The notes under the pieces: generated by a model
Seen by the model: the letters and a program-made list of their open reading frames with translations, nothing else
Databases searched by the model: none
Told to the model about the DNA's origin: nothing
In this document: in pieces, positions 1-16,879 of the stretch
How positions within the stretch are numbered: position 1 is the first letter of the stretch
Layout: each line of letters begins with the position of its first letter
Source of the DNA: Cercozoa sp. M6MM
Lineage: Eukaryota; Protista; Endomyxa: Ascetosporea
Assembly: GCA_040357565.1 (NCBI GenBank)
Contig: JBDODJ010000069.1
DNA length: 59,512 bases
Direction: 5' to 3' (one strand)
Program-made: the position numbers and the translations under genes

Positions 1-1186
1 ATGTCACTGGACGGTCTGACTGGACACGTCGGATTGGACGAACTGGGCGAACGTGCCGAAGGCGGTGCTTTGCCCTCCCTTTTGCCCCATCCCGCCCCTT
101 CACCCCTTTACCGCCCTGCTTGTTTAGGTGCCTACGGTCTCATCAATCTCCAGTCGGACAGACGCGGTGGCTACGTAACTTGCACTAAAAAGTGAGGGTA
201 TGATGGGGGTAAAGTGGCGAACTAAACCTGTGTCCAGCTCTTCCGAGATGTCGCTCTGGCCACCGAGGACGGTCTCAACTGGTATTTTTCGAACTAAGGA
301 TTAAGGGGGTTTAATAGTTTAGGGTACATATCTGTGTACAGGGTGGTCCAATCAGACCAACTGACCTGGCTCAGTGGCTTTGACGCGAAGGACCTTGTCG
401 AGGTGTCTCCTGGCGTGCTGGCTCCACGTGCCGTGCCTGTGATTCAGCGCGAAATCCACACCATCGATGGCGTAGCTTTACCCCTCTATCCTTACTCCTT
501 CCCTTTACTCCCCTCTGTCCCTTCCCTTTACCCCCTCAGTGGCTGTTCGCACTGATGCTGACACTGGTGGTGTTGGGCTGCGGCATGGGCGTGTCGCTGC
601 TGTACTTCAACCACAAGTACGGCGACAAGCGCATCATTCGCATGTCGTCGCCCAAGGTCAACAACGTCGCACTCGGCGCTGCACTGCTCGCCTTGCTCAG
701 CATCGTAGTCTACCTGTCTCTTGCTTTACCCCTACTTCCCCTTTACCCCCTGAGTTTGCTTGCAGCCACTGTGGGGTCTCGACGAAGGTCTCGTGTCGGC
801 CGGCGCTGCGTCAGACTTGGTACGGTTTGTGTCTGCAGGGGGGGGGGGGGGGGTAAACTGATAATGTGTGGTAGTGCATGGCACGTGTCTGGGTCTCCTC
901 GCTGGTAGTCTGCCTGTGCTCCTCCAGTACCTGTGTAGTGTCAAAACAACGTATGTCATGTTTGTTCGTGTGTATGTGTGCAGTCAGTGACGTCGTTCTT
1001 TGCCGCTCTGTTTGCGAAACTAGCGCGTGTCTGGCGCATCTTCCGGTACAACTGGACCATTGCATTGTACTTGCCTGGTTTTGTTATGGGGGCGGTTTAC
1101 TCTGCAGAAATGCCGACATGCTGGAGCAAGTCTCCATGACGCTGTGGTAGCTTCCTTCCCTACTCCCTACCCCCTCTACCCCCCCC

Positions 1187-1234
<48 letters not shown>

Positions 1235-2423
1235 TACAACAGGGATGTACTGGCACTGGTCGGTATCGCTGTTCTCGGCAACCTCGTTATCCTTGTTGGT
1301 ACTGCCATACTACCCCTACCACCTACCCCCAACTCCTACCCATACCCTGACCCCTCGGTAGCCTGGCATGCGGCGGCACCGCTGGAGTACACATACACGA
1401 TCATGTCGGAGCACCCGTCACCGACGTCGGCTGATATCGTACACTCTTGTGTCCATCCGTACTAACATATCCCACATGTACCATACATATGTACACTTGT
1501 TTGAGCAGGTAATCCAGGAGGTCGTCGGCGGCTGCTCGTCGACTGGCGACTCGACCGGCTTTGCAGTGGCACTCCTGGTCTACGTCGGTCTGCTGCTGTT
1601 TGTGGGCGCTGCCTTGGCCTACAACACGCGGCACATTGAGATGTACTACTACCTGTACTCTAGGGGAATGATTGGGAGTACATAAGAGTACTGCGGGATG
1701 TCTAGTCCGGCACTCAACGACGCGCGCATGATCGGCATCGCACTGTACGCGTGTGCCATTCTGTTCCCTGTGGTCGTGCTGTCCAAGTCAGCGTACTCTT
1801 TTTTTTTTTACCCCCGTTCCTCGCTGTACACTTTATTTCTCAATGTTTCGATAATATTGTTCCCTCAGACTGGCCCTGGAAAAGGTCAACTCACAGTTTA
1901 CGATCGTGGCCTTTGTCGGAGTCGTTGCCATCGTGACGACAATGTGCGTTATCTTTGTGCCCAAGATTCTGGCCATTCGGCAAGGCACCTCGGACGAGTG
2001 GACGACGCGACGCACCACGCAGTACCTGCCCATCTACCTCTCTGTTTTCAGAGTACACTCGTTAAATACGCGAACGCTGTGGACAGCACGAGCCATCGCG
2101 GCTCGTCCAAGACGACAGGCACCTCCACAGGTGGCACCCAGCACAAGACGACTGCGACAACAACAACGACCTCATCTAATACCGTGGTACCCTCCTTGTT
2201 TCTGTGTCTTTCCTCTTTACCCCTTGTGCTTGTGTGTGTGTGTCGTTAAAGTCGTCCAACTCAACATCGCAAGTCTCAAACAGTCACAGCAGTCTTAGTG
2301 ATGAGGTCGAGGTGCGTTTTACTCCTGCTTGGAGCCCGTCAAACTTGAACGGTGCAATCTTTCGCAATCTTGTTATGTCTGCTTCAGATCGAAATGGAGG
2401 CCGGTTTGCCTACCACGAATTAG
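1..2423 (+). CDS. Class C (GABA-B/Grl-like) GPCR, 3' part; 5' end lies outside the window; multi-exon
   Basis: Spliced peptide contains IIRMSSPKVNN (ICL1), LFAKLARVWRIF (TM3), PALNDARMIGIALY (ICL3/TM6) and TTMCVIFVPK (TM7), matching GABA-B receptor 7TM motifs. Upstream LDGLTGHVGLDELGER resembles the end of a Venus flytrap domain. Ends ...AGLPTTN-TAG. Confidence 0.85.
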
Positions 2424-2856
2424 CACATCGCATCACCGGCCGCGTTCGGCTACCTACTCCACGTCGACGTCAGGTCGTACTAAATTTTAGTAATCCGTCG
2501 CGTTCTTAACCTGTCAGTGCGCGCTCTGTGCTAGCTTAAGCTGTGCACGCGACTGTCGCAGCCTCACCGCACTTTTTTCGTTTGATATTGTTAATCTATC
2601 GCGACCGGAAGGGTACAGTCCCGTCCGTTCCGTCCCGAATATCGATTTATTACTGTAATACCGACGACAAGGACATGCGTGCGCATTGCACGTCACGGGG
2701 GGTTGAATGTCACGTGCCTGCCACGTGTGCCCACGCGATTTTGCCCCGAAAGGCGGGAACTCCCGCAGAAGTCCGAAAGTATCTCTTTTTGGGAGTGAGT
2801 ATCTTTTGGGGGCGAAACCCTAAGCGACGCTTCCGCCGTACTGCAATTGACGAAAC

Positions 2857-3244
2857 ATGAGTCAGCCGCCATACAATCCAAGCGCTCCGATGGGTACGAA
2901 ACTCAAACTGTTTTTCCTGTGTTTTGCTGACCCTGTCGATACGAAATGTGCGGTAGGGGCCACGCCGGTGTATCAGCAGCCAATGTACGTGCAACGTCCC
3001 CAGGTGCAAGCACCAGCGCCGCAGCCACAGACGGTTGTCGTTCAAAGCGGCGCCTGCCAGCACGTTTTCGACGAGCAGGTGCCGATCTGGGCGTGGATCG
3101 TCTGCCTGTTTACCGGTATCGTAGAAATGTTAGCTTTAGTGTGATTTCATACATGTACTGATAGTCGCGGTGTCCTTAGGTTGGTGTTGCATTCCCTGCT
3201 TTGTGCGCGAGCGCGTCTGTCTCAAGTGCGGCATGCGAATTTAA
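2857..3244 (+). CDS. BRI3/LITAF-like small Cys-rich membrane protein, 3 exons
   Basis: Spliced: MSQPPYNPSAPMGATPVYQQP...GACQHVFDEQVPIWAWIVCLFTGWCCIPCFVRERVCLKCGMRI*. Pro/Tyr-rich N-terminus, hydrophobic core, terminal CxxC. Confidence 0.75.
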
Positions 3245-3440
3245 CCATCCGGTGCCGTCTACGATTTTCAGGCTCCCACGTCACAGTCTACGTAGTGTAG
3301 CACCGTGGCCGAAGTCCGCTGGACCAACGCAAACCAATGGGCGGTCCTATCACTGTTCTTTTTCGGGCGGGCGGTAGCGGTACAAGGGATTAGATTGATT
3401 GGTTGACAGCAACAATTGAACTGTGTAATTAACAAAGTTT

Positions 3441-3515
3441 GTTCAGTCTACTAAGAAACCAACTAAGAAACCAACTATGTGGCGTAGTTCCCTAGCACCA
3501 GTCCTAGTCCAGGTG
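3441..3515 (-). mobile_element. Retroelement 3'-end family, copy A
   Basis: gttcagtcta-ctaagaaaccaa(x2)-ctatgt...gtagttccc...caccagtc, matching copies at 22781, 30111, 30465 and 53833. Confidence 0.55.
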
Positions 3516-3699
3516 TTTGTACTAAAGTAACCGAACGGTTGGATACGTTCAGTTAAACGTATCGTATGCATGTACTGGTACGGCCACGTTAAGTGACACG
3601 CCGGAAATAAACAAAAAAAAAAAAAAAACGTTGTGAGTCGTGCACGTGCTATTCCCAGCCGACCGTAGGCAGTAACTGACTGAGCTACGGTGACTTCGT

Positions 3700-7848
<4,149 letters not shown>

Positions 7849-8039
7849 CCTGTGAGCGGTCCACAGTGTTACAGATATGTCACGCACTGCCCCACGCAGC
7901 GGCTGGGATGGGACCCTTCGTATGCAGTTTCGTTAAAGTCGTGCAGCTCCGCACACTTAAACAAATCGTCGTTTCTGAGTTTTTGGCAACGTATTTTTTG
8001 CTGCGAATCGTGCATAAAAGCAAGCTGTAACACGAGACA
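7849..8039. promoter_or_regulatory. Probable bidirectional promoter, MCM7/SDR
   Basis: 191 bp between divergent ATGs at 7848 (-) and 8040 (+). Confidence 0.6.
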
Positions 8040-9606
8040 ATGCTAGGTCGACGTTTTTTCAGTGTCACACGCCCGGGACGCCTCGAAGGGAAGGTAGAGC
8101 ACGTTATGGTCACTTTCTTTTGGCGTGGACGAATGTTGTGGTCATGTGTTATCCAATCGATCATTGCAAGCTTTTCAACGATTGACAGGTGGCCATCGTC
8201 ACTGGCGCTGCCTCTGGCATCGGACGCGAGAGCGCGCTTCTTTTTGCCGTAAGTTTCCGCTTGGAAACTTGCGAAACATTGTGTGGATGGTTGTTTGCAC
8301 AGAAAGAGGGTGCCAAAGTGGTCTGTGCCGATATATCTCCGGATGCGACTGCCAAGGTGCAGGCCTTTCTATCCGCTCGATTCTTGCGTTCACTTTTTGT
8401 CGGCTTTTCTAGGTCTGCAAGGAGATCAAGGAGGACGGTTTTGAGGCGCTTCATTTCACCGTCGACGTCGCCGACGAGAAGCAAGTATTGCCGTTACTCA
8501 GTGTCATTCCGGTGTCTCTTTGGGGAGCAAAACAAGACTGTTTGTTGCGCCCATGATTTAGGTCGAAGAGTTGGTCCACTTTGCGGTCCGAGAGTTCGGC
8601 TCTCTGGACGGTAAAAGGCACCCTTACACCCTGCGATTTATACTTACACCCCCCTCAGTAATGTTCAACAATGCCGGTATCATGGACCTGAGCGACGGCG
8701 ACACCGAGGCCACTCAGTAGTTTGTTGATACAGTAGGATAAGTGTCCCTTTTGTTGACCCCATCGTATGCAGGGACAGCACATTCGATCTCACCTTTGAC
8801 GTTAATGTCAAGTAACTGCATTTGTTTCTTGGCTCTACCCCTCCATCAATTGGGATTGTGGTGGTTTTCAGGGGCGTATTCTACGGCTGCAAATACGCGA
8901 TTCGCGCCATGAAACAACGCGAAGGCGGCAGTATTGTCAACACGGCATGTATCCCTTTGCCCTTCTCCATAGCCGTCAGTGTCGTCAGTCACCCACACAT
9001 GTATAGGGCAGTTTCGTCGGCAAGTTGGGCGCTGCCACACCACAGCTGGCTGTACGCACTCTTTGCACCTTGAGTCGGTACTTTATATTCTCTTGGTGCA
9101 TAGTACACGGCCTCCAAGGGAGCCGTCATGGCCATGACGCGCGAGCTCGCTGTGCTGCATGCGCGTGATCGGATCCGTGTCAACAGTACCTTACCCTACG
9201 GCGACCTTACCCCCCCATTTATACCCTCTATCCTCTAGGCTTGTGTCCGGGACCGTTGCAGACCGAGCTACTGCAAAAGTTCCTCGACACTGAGGAGAAG
9301 CGCCAGCGTCGTTTGGTACTACCTTCTCATCGTCGACGGAGCTTTGCAGCATAGAATACTATGCTTATAGGTACACGTGCCGATGGGCCGTTTCGGACTC
9401 GCCAAGGAACAGGCGCAAGCAGCCCTGTATACTCTTTTTTGGCTGTGATATCTGCGTGCGTGCGCGTTGCGCAACGGAGACTGAGACTGTAACTTTGAAT
9501 GAGTTTGAATTGTAGCTTCCTCGCGAGCGACGACGCCAGCTTTGTCACAGGCACGGACTTTTTCGTCGATGGTGGCATCACGGCCGCCTATGTCACGCCC
9601 GAGTAG
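8040..9606 (+). CDS. Classical short-chain dehydrogenase/reductase, 13 exons, possible mitochondrial presequence
   Basis: VAIVTGAASGIG (TGxxxGIG), MFNNAGI, catalytic YTASK, RVNSLCPGP, SFVTGTDFFVDGGITAAYVTPE*. N-terminus MLGRRFFSVTR is Arg-rich with no acidic residues. Confidence 0.92.
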
Positions 9607-9905
9607 GGAGCTGCGTTGGTAGTACTAATTAGGGTAGGTAGCGAGGCGAGTCGAGGATTTTACTTACTATAGCGATAGAACCCCACCGCACCGCACAAAT
9701 CAATGACTTTTACAACTAAACAGGGCACCATCACGGATACGACATATGCATGTTTTGTACTTAAAGGCCGGGGTACCGACGCGGTGGCTTGCGGTGCGCA
9801 GTCGAATATTTTACGGCCCACGCAACATCCACGCCACGCCGCAGTTATCTGACGGATAGACGGTGCAAGCTTTAGAGCAGTAGGAGTCTGGTGGACGTTG
9901 TCGCA

Positions 9906-11930
9906 TGTTTAGCTTCGCTTCGTCTCCGGGTTCGAGTTTTGCCGGCTTTGTCCCCGATAACCAAGTGGTGCTTTCTGTTGCTTCTTTAGGGCGAACACCG
10001 TGACGTTGGTTTCGCTGTTATTGGGTTTTCACTGTGTGCAGTGTGAGCGGAGGCTGCATGAACTTATCCACAGCACGTGCAGCAACTCAAGCGTTGCGCA
10101 CCAGCTCGAGTCGCGACTAGGCCAAGAATTGGTGATATCTTGTGCGCAGGTGGCCGAACTTGAGTCGGACGACATCGATCAGCTGAAACTGTGCGTTGCT
10201 GCGCGTCTTGTGGTCAAGAAGCTCGTACCTTCCGCCTCAGGGTTTTCTGTATGGATACCATCCGGATCGTTGCTCCTGTAAACTTAGGTGCGTCGCCTGC
10301 GCAATGACGAAACTGAGCTGACTCAGAACGATGTGTTGTCACAAGAAGCCGTTCGTGCCTTGGCACCGCACTCGTCTTTTGTATTCCAAACGTTGTTTTT
10401 ACGAAAGGTCTGTTTCACTAACCGCGAGTGAATTTTAGAAGCGTAAGGACGATGATTGCGTGCCGCGCTTCCTGGCAACAACACCCGTGGAGGAGTCCGA
10501 CGATACCAGCATTGCTTTTTTATTGTCCGAGGAGGTGAGTTCAATTAATGCCGCCCAGTAGGGAATCAAGCACGAGATATTTGAATAGGAAGCAACGCTG
10601 TGTGTCGCTGTCGGCGAATTGCGACGCGGCGGCGCTTTGCACGACTCGATTTGTCAGTTGACAAAACTTGAGCATTTCTTTCAGCTGTTGAAACTTTCCC
10701 AGTGTGAATACTGTTTGCACACCTTGCAGTTGGTCAACGCTACTTGCAGAAAGGTTGTTTGACTAATTTTTGCCTCATGGGAAAAAGGAGACTTTGAACA
10801 TGCTTCCTCTGCAGGTGCGAAAGATCAAATTACATCATGTAACTCAGTATGCCTGTCTTGAGTAGTCTCTGTGCATCTGTACTTTGGCAGTGCCTCGCGT
10901 GCCGTGCACACACTGCGAACACAAGGTGAGTGCGAGACAAAGTTGTTCTTCGTGGACGAAGCTGTTCTCTCGCACGCGCGTCTGTGCTGCACGAGTGGTA
11001 GGACTGCCTCTTTGCCCTTCAATCACCTTTCGTAGTTTTCTACCTCGCACGTCAGACGGCTTGACACCGTGGAACTGGCTCGTTGACTTGCTGAGTGATA
11101 TCTTTGCGGGCACACCCTTCACACTCGGACTGCCTCCTCCAATGTAAATACTCTCGTCGGTTCTTCTTTCCTCCCTTGTGCACTAGTAGTTAGTACCTAC
11201 TTTTAGAGGCGCACGAAGTAATATTCCCGTCGTGCCAAACGAGGCCTCGTACGACGCTGTTGCCAACGCCTTTGTGGTATGCTTTTGGTACAGTTAAATA
11301 TTGTACCCTACAATGTCCTCTTGGGTCCCTGTCTCCTTTAGGCTGGACTACTCGCCGTGTGCGCCAGCGATCCCAATGCTCGTTTGCGTCCCTGTTTAGA
11401 GGTATTCGCTTCGTACTAAATGTATACTCGTAGGCCGTCGTGTACATATGGAGACTGCAGATCACTGGTGGCAATGTGTACCACTACGCCATGCGACTGC
11501 GCGAGTGGAGCAAGTCGAAACTCGTGTTCGAGGCCGAGCCGCTCTTCACTCGAGTTGAAACTGCCTTCCGTCGACTGGTACAACCATCTAAAGTATGCAG
11601 ACCAGCTCCAGGCAGCTGGATATTTGTCTTCTGCTGTAGCATTTCCGATGCCGGCACGCGACACGGACCAGCCGCAATGGTGCTGGAGTCGTGCGAAAGC
11701 TTACGGTAATGCATACGGATACGGTTATAACCAGGTGTCTCTGAGTATCCCACCCTTTTACTGTACTGTCGTGGATCGTATAGGTGTGGCTCCATGATGC
11801 GGGCGATTTGTCCGACCTGGGCAGTCAGCACTCCACGCACACTGGCAGCAACGCCAGCGTCGCTTCCTTTCGCTAACTCAAGCTCGGCCGACATCAGCCG
11901 GCCTAATACTGAGGCCTACTACGATAGCTA
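9906..11930 (+). CDS. Hypothetical multi-exon gene or genes; structure unresolved
   Basis: Series of open exons with GT..AG flanks (CERRLHELIH..., KRKDDDCVPRFL..., LTPWNWLVDLL..., LDYSPCAPAIPMLAVVYIWRL...). No recognised domain; boundaries approximate. Confidence 0.35.
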
Positions 11931-12128
11931 GGTGTTCGGTTCAATGGTACGTACAGCGAATGCCACCGCGTGGCCGAGTACTACTCGTACGGTACCAACT
12001 CGGCTGAAAGTGAAATAAATTCAATTCGAATTGAATTGCAGTGGCCCAGGCTTAAGTTGTTCCGGGCTTTCGGTCCGTCGGGAAGGAATCGCGCATCCGT
12101 CATGACGGATCATCTTGCGATACTTCAG

Positions 12129-14296
12129 CTATTTTTCTGAGGCCGAAAGTGCGCGTGCCTTGCGCGTTGGCTTGCGTAGTTTCGCATCGGAGCGCTGCCT
12201 GTCCTCCAGCACGGCCTGTTTGCAAAACACAAAGTTGTGGTTGAACGGAAGACATGCGACGGGATAGCAGGTGCACAGAGTACCTTCCAGTGCTGTGCAT
12301 CGTCGTACAGTCCTGCACGCAAGTACACGAGGTCCTCGCGATACCTGCAGTCGGACGGCCTACGCAAATGCACATATGCACATGCATCCATTGAAACAAC
12401 CAGATTAATGGGTTAGTACAAGGCTTCCTCGTCAGACACAGGTTGCGGTGAGATTGGATCGACTTGGTGCAGCTGCCAGAAGGGCTGGGGGGGGTAAGCG
12501 GGAGGAAGGAGAATGAGGTAGCAAGGCTCACTTCTCCGTCGAAAACGATATCCTGTGTCCAGCGACCGGTGATTTCGCAGAGCTTCTCAAACTGCTCGAC
12601 CTTGAGTTTGCGGAGGTTGACCGTGTCTAGATCGACGTCATCAGGCACGCGGTAGATGCCTCCGCCAATACGGTCAATCTGAAAACAAGGGCAAAATAAA
12701 GTAACGAGGAGGAAAAGTACGTCAGGCTACAGGAAGATTGGGACGCGAGAAGCCGAACCAGCCGGATTTTTTGGCACCCTGCAGAGACAAACTCGAACAT
12801 GTATGGGCATAGTGTCATATACATATATATATATATAGAAAGGAAAGGGCACGTATTTCTCGAGGTCAGCCTCGGAGGCAGGAGGACAGAATGCCACTCG
12901 GCACAGCAATCTCTCGGCCTGTGTACACAGCAAAATGTATGACTGGAAGATTAAATGGATGAAGGCTCTGTGTGTGTGTGTGTGTGCGCGCGCGCGCGTG
13001 TGTGTGTGTGTGTGTACCTTGTTGACAAAGTGCACGGGATGCTTGGAGTCGTAACTGATGATGCGATCGCCGTACATCACGCCTCTACAGGATCGCAAGT
13101 AGAGATATGGGAAAAGAAAGCGAGGAAAATAAAGAGTATAGAGTACGTCAGGACAAAATCAGGATAGTCGAACGTGATCCTTGAACCGTCCTTAAAGTCG
13201 CTGTATTTACACCTTTCACTCACACCACAAAACAGAAGAACAAAAGGAAACTCAGTACACGTGGTTCGGGCCGACCTGCATTCCGACGATTCGGTTTACT
13301 GTCATGCTGCACACACATGCATGAATAATACATTGATACATACAACAGCAGGAGTACTTGCTCTTAAACTCGTGCATGCCGTGTAACCGAAAGCTGTCGT
13401 CGTGCGCACGCACATCAAAGGCGCTGATGGGCGGGTGGTGTGCCACCTGTTCGCAGTACACCTCGGCGTTCTCGTAGTTGGCCTGGAAAGTCTCACCCTG
13501 CCACACACAACCGACTTTGCTTGGACCCGCTTTCGTACAGAATCTATCTCTACCAGAATCGGATTGAACGGCTTCTCTTGTCGGAATCCCTGTGTTGTTT
13601 CACAAACACACACATTTTCTTTCGTTGACAAGCAGAGACAAGCAGTTACCAGATGCAAGCCACTGAACAGAAAGGTGACGACCCACTTCATGCGTTCCAC
13701 AGGGTCCTCTGTCGCCGCAGCTTTCTACAGTTATGTGTGAGTTTCAAACAGAAACCGGTTCCTCTAAGAGTGCACGTACAGGCAGAAAAATCGGCAGGAA
13801 GGACCAGACGTCGGAAAGACGCTGCAGAAAGCTGCGCGACTCAAACACGCGAACCGGGAGCGACACGTTGACCAACGACTTGCCACTCAGCAGGTTACGA
13901 CCCATGCTGTATTATACAATGCAATAATATGTGCAAAGGAAACAATGTGCACAGTACCTTTTCAACAAGTGGCCCAGTACGTTCTTCTGTCGCTTGATTA
14001 GTTCCGTGTCACCGAAAAGAATTCCGCCACCCTCTGCACATGGTATATACGCCTATTATCTGCACAGCGAAAGCGAGGTTACGAAGATTTTTGCACAAAA
14101 CAATACCATGGAGCGGACACAGAGGCAGGCCAAACGGACTATCCTCGCCGTACACAAAGCGCAGCGGTTCCTGCGCAGCGAAAATGAGGGTTCTCCCAGG
14201 CTGCACCTCACGCAGGTACTTCAACAAGATTCCCAGGTAGTACAACGGTCTGACCTCGGTGGGAAGCACCTCGCGATACGCGGTGTCATACGACAT
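12129..14296 (-). CDS. Oxysterol-binding protein-related (ORD-only) lipid transfer protein
   Basis: NVSLPVRVFESRSFLQR, EKPFNPILGETF, OSBP signature EQVAHHPPIS, PSDCRYREDL, LEDRQRSDAKLRK. Confidence 0.92.
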
Positions 14297-15014
14297 GTCG
14301 GTGCACTGCGTGGCTTCTCAGAACGCGGCACACGTCACTGATCAAAAAGTCACCTCCGACGGAAAAATGCTGCCCTAGAATTGGCTAAGACGCTGCACAC
14401 AAATGCTCACACACACGACAACTCGCAGCACTTTCCCGTAGACACTGTCTAAAGCCGAGAACTTTGACCTTGAGTTCAGACTTCCCGAGATCCAGTCGGG
14501 GATGAGTCATTTAAGTCAATTTTCTATGCCTGGAGAGCTGTTCCACGGAAGATTTGCAACCGTTCTAGTTACTTAAAGTGTAAGCATAGAGGCGAAGTTG
14601 CCATGTGTTTTGGCGCGAGTGTTTTACGCGCTGATTTTACTGTACAGTACTACACTGTTCTGTAGCGCTGCGACCGGGTTGCGTATCGTGGTGGCTGTTT
14701 GTGCCAGTGTAGGCCAGCAACCGTACGTGTACTTTGCTATCCAGTCCGAGCTGTGTTATCGCCCCAGAAATACAAGAACAAGATCTGGAAAAGTGACGCC
14801 CCAGGTGCTTGCTTAGGGCCCGATGCAGCAGCCACTGGTTCCCCAAAAGCGACAAAGAACACAGGAGTCTGATCTAAGCGTAACACAGACCGGGCATGCG
14901 ATGTGTTTTGCATTTTGTTCGTGCTGTTTTCTTTTTCGGTTCTGGGTTTTCTCCTTGCCTGTTGAATGCTTCTTTGTTTAGAACAAGACCAAGGGCCAGC
15001 AGCACAAGGACTAC

Positions 15015-16770
15015 ATGGTAACTGCAACAAAGAAGCAGCACGTGTGCTTGTTTGCCCAGTTATATTGACTATGGTGTGATGCTCACAGGAGAAGCGCACA
15101 CAGCACAGTCGCAAGTACGACCGTCAAATCCGTCTGTGGGGCGTGCATGGCCAGCGCAGCATCGAAAGCTCGCACACAGGTAGTCCTAACTTTGTTCTGA
15201 TCTGATTTGTCCTTCAAAAACGGCTGTGTGCAGTGGTGCTGGGCAGCGGCGCTTTGGCGAGCGAGACCTTAAAGAACCGTAAGTGACGCTTTTGCATTTT
15301 GTTGCTTCTTGCTTTGCTTGGCACTGTGCTTTGTGCCTGCAGTCGTGCTGCCCAACATGGGCGAGTTCACCGTCGTCGACGATGCGGTGACTTCGCCAGT
15401 CGATTTGAGCAACAATTTCTTCGTGTGCGACGACGATCTCGACAAGCCGCGTGCCGAGGCCGTCTGTGCCGCACTTCTCGAGGTGTGTGGCAGCTTCACC
15501 CTTCCCCCTGATTCCTGTCTATCCCTCTGTGCGTTTCTCCTGTCCCAGATGAACCCGGACGCGAGTGGCAAGGCGTTCGCAAAGTCGCCACTGGCACTGA
15601 TCGAAAGCGAGCTGGCCTTCTTTGACGAGGCCACTCTGGTCGTGGCCTGCGAGATGTGGGGTGCGCCGCTGCGCCGTCTGGCCGACTACCTGTTTAAGCG
15701 ACACATTCCTTTGGTACAGACACCTTTGTGGGGTCACTCTAGTTGTGTGGACACGGGTGTGTGGCTGTTGACACAGCTGGTTGCCCGCACGAACGGTCTG
15801 ATCGGCCAAGTGCGTCTGTGTGTGCCGGAGCACACCGTCATTGAGTCGCACGGCGATGGAGATCGGTATCTTGCTTTCCTTTACTCCATCCTTATGTTCC
15901 CTTTACCCTCACACCCCCACAGGAAGGACCTTTGCGTGGACGCAAAGCGACTGGCCGAATTCGATGAATTGCGCGCCTTCTGCGATCGCTTCTCGATCAA
16001 CTCTGATGCGTAGACTCGCCTTTACCCCCCCCCCCCTTTTATTCCCTACCCCTCCCGTCGGCAGAAGCGACTACGAGCACGCGCACGTGCCAATGCTGGT
16101 GATTCTGGCCAAGGTGTCGCAGGAGTGGCACCAGCAACATGGCGGCAAGCCTTCCACTGCCGAGGAGAAGGAGGTAAGTCATACACTCCTGTCCTTTAGC
16201 CTTACCCCCCCCCCGGTAGGAGTTCAAGCGTCTGATCAAACGTTACCGTCGCTCGGACGCCGAGCTGAACTTTGACGAAGCACTGGCGAACGCGTACAAG
16301 GTGTGGGCGCCGCCGGTCGACTTTGCCGTGACTGACGTGCTGTCACGTGCCGTCGACAAGGTGGCCGCCATCGACGGTTCCACCACGGGAGAAACGCTGC
16401 CGTCGCAGCACGATCTGTTCTGGCTACAGGCACTGGCACTCCGACGGTTCCAGGAGGCGCACGACGGTTTGCTACCTGTGTCGGCCGACATTCCCGATAT
16501 GCAGTGGTGCCTTAGATATGTACACACATGCATCTATATTTGTTATATATGTATTGCCCCTTGACTCCTTTACCTTGTCCACAGTGATACGCAGACTTAC
16601 TTGTCGCTCAAGAAGGTGCCAACTCCTGTCCCGCCTTGTTACATCCATATTAACCTTTGCTTTGCAAAGGTGTTTGCCGAGAGGGCAAAGCGAGACTGCG
16701 CGCAGTTTTTGCTGCTCGTGCAGCAAGTGCTGCAGGAACGCAACTTGCCGGCCAGTGCGCTCAGGTACTC

Positions 16771-16821
<51 letters not shown>

Positions 16822-16831
16822 NNNNNNNNNN

Positions 16832-16879
<48 letters not shown>

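Noticed and set aside
2688-2727. GTCAC/CACGTG (E-box/CLEAR-like) motifs upstream of several genes
   Set aside because: 5-6-mers expected frequently by chance; enrichment cannot be shown here.
3451-3478. ctaagaaaccaa direct repeat as CRISPR-like
   Set aside because: Two adjacent units, no spacers, eukaryotic context; a local duplication inside a retroelement end.
3245-3699. tRNA/snRNA genes in this and other intergenic gaps
   Set aside because: No cloverleaf, A/B box or Sm-site structure recognisable by eye; would need tRNAscan-SE or Infernal.
11340-11480. Cyclin-box-like PMLAVVYIWRL
   Set aside because: Too short a match; flanking cyclin helices not recognisable.
16822-16831. N runs here and at 33977-33986
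   Set aside because: 10-N scaffold gaps inside CA repeats; assembly artefacts.
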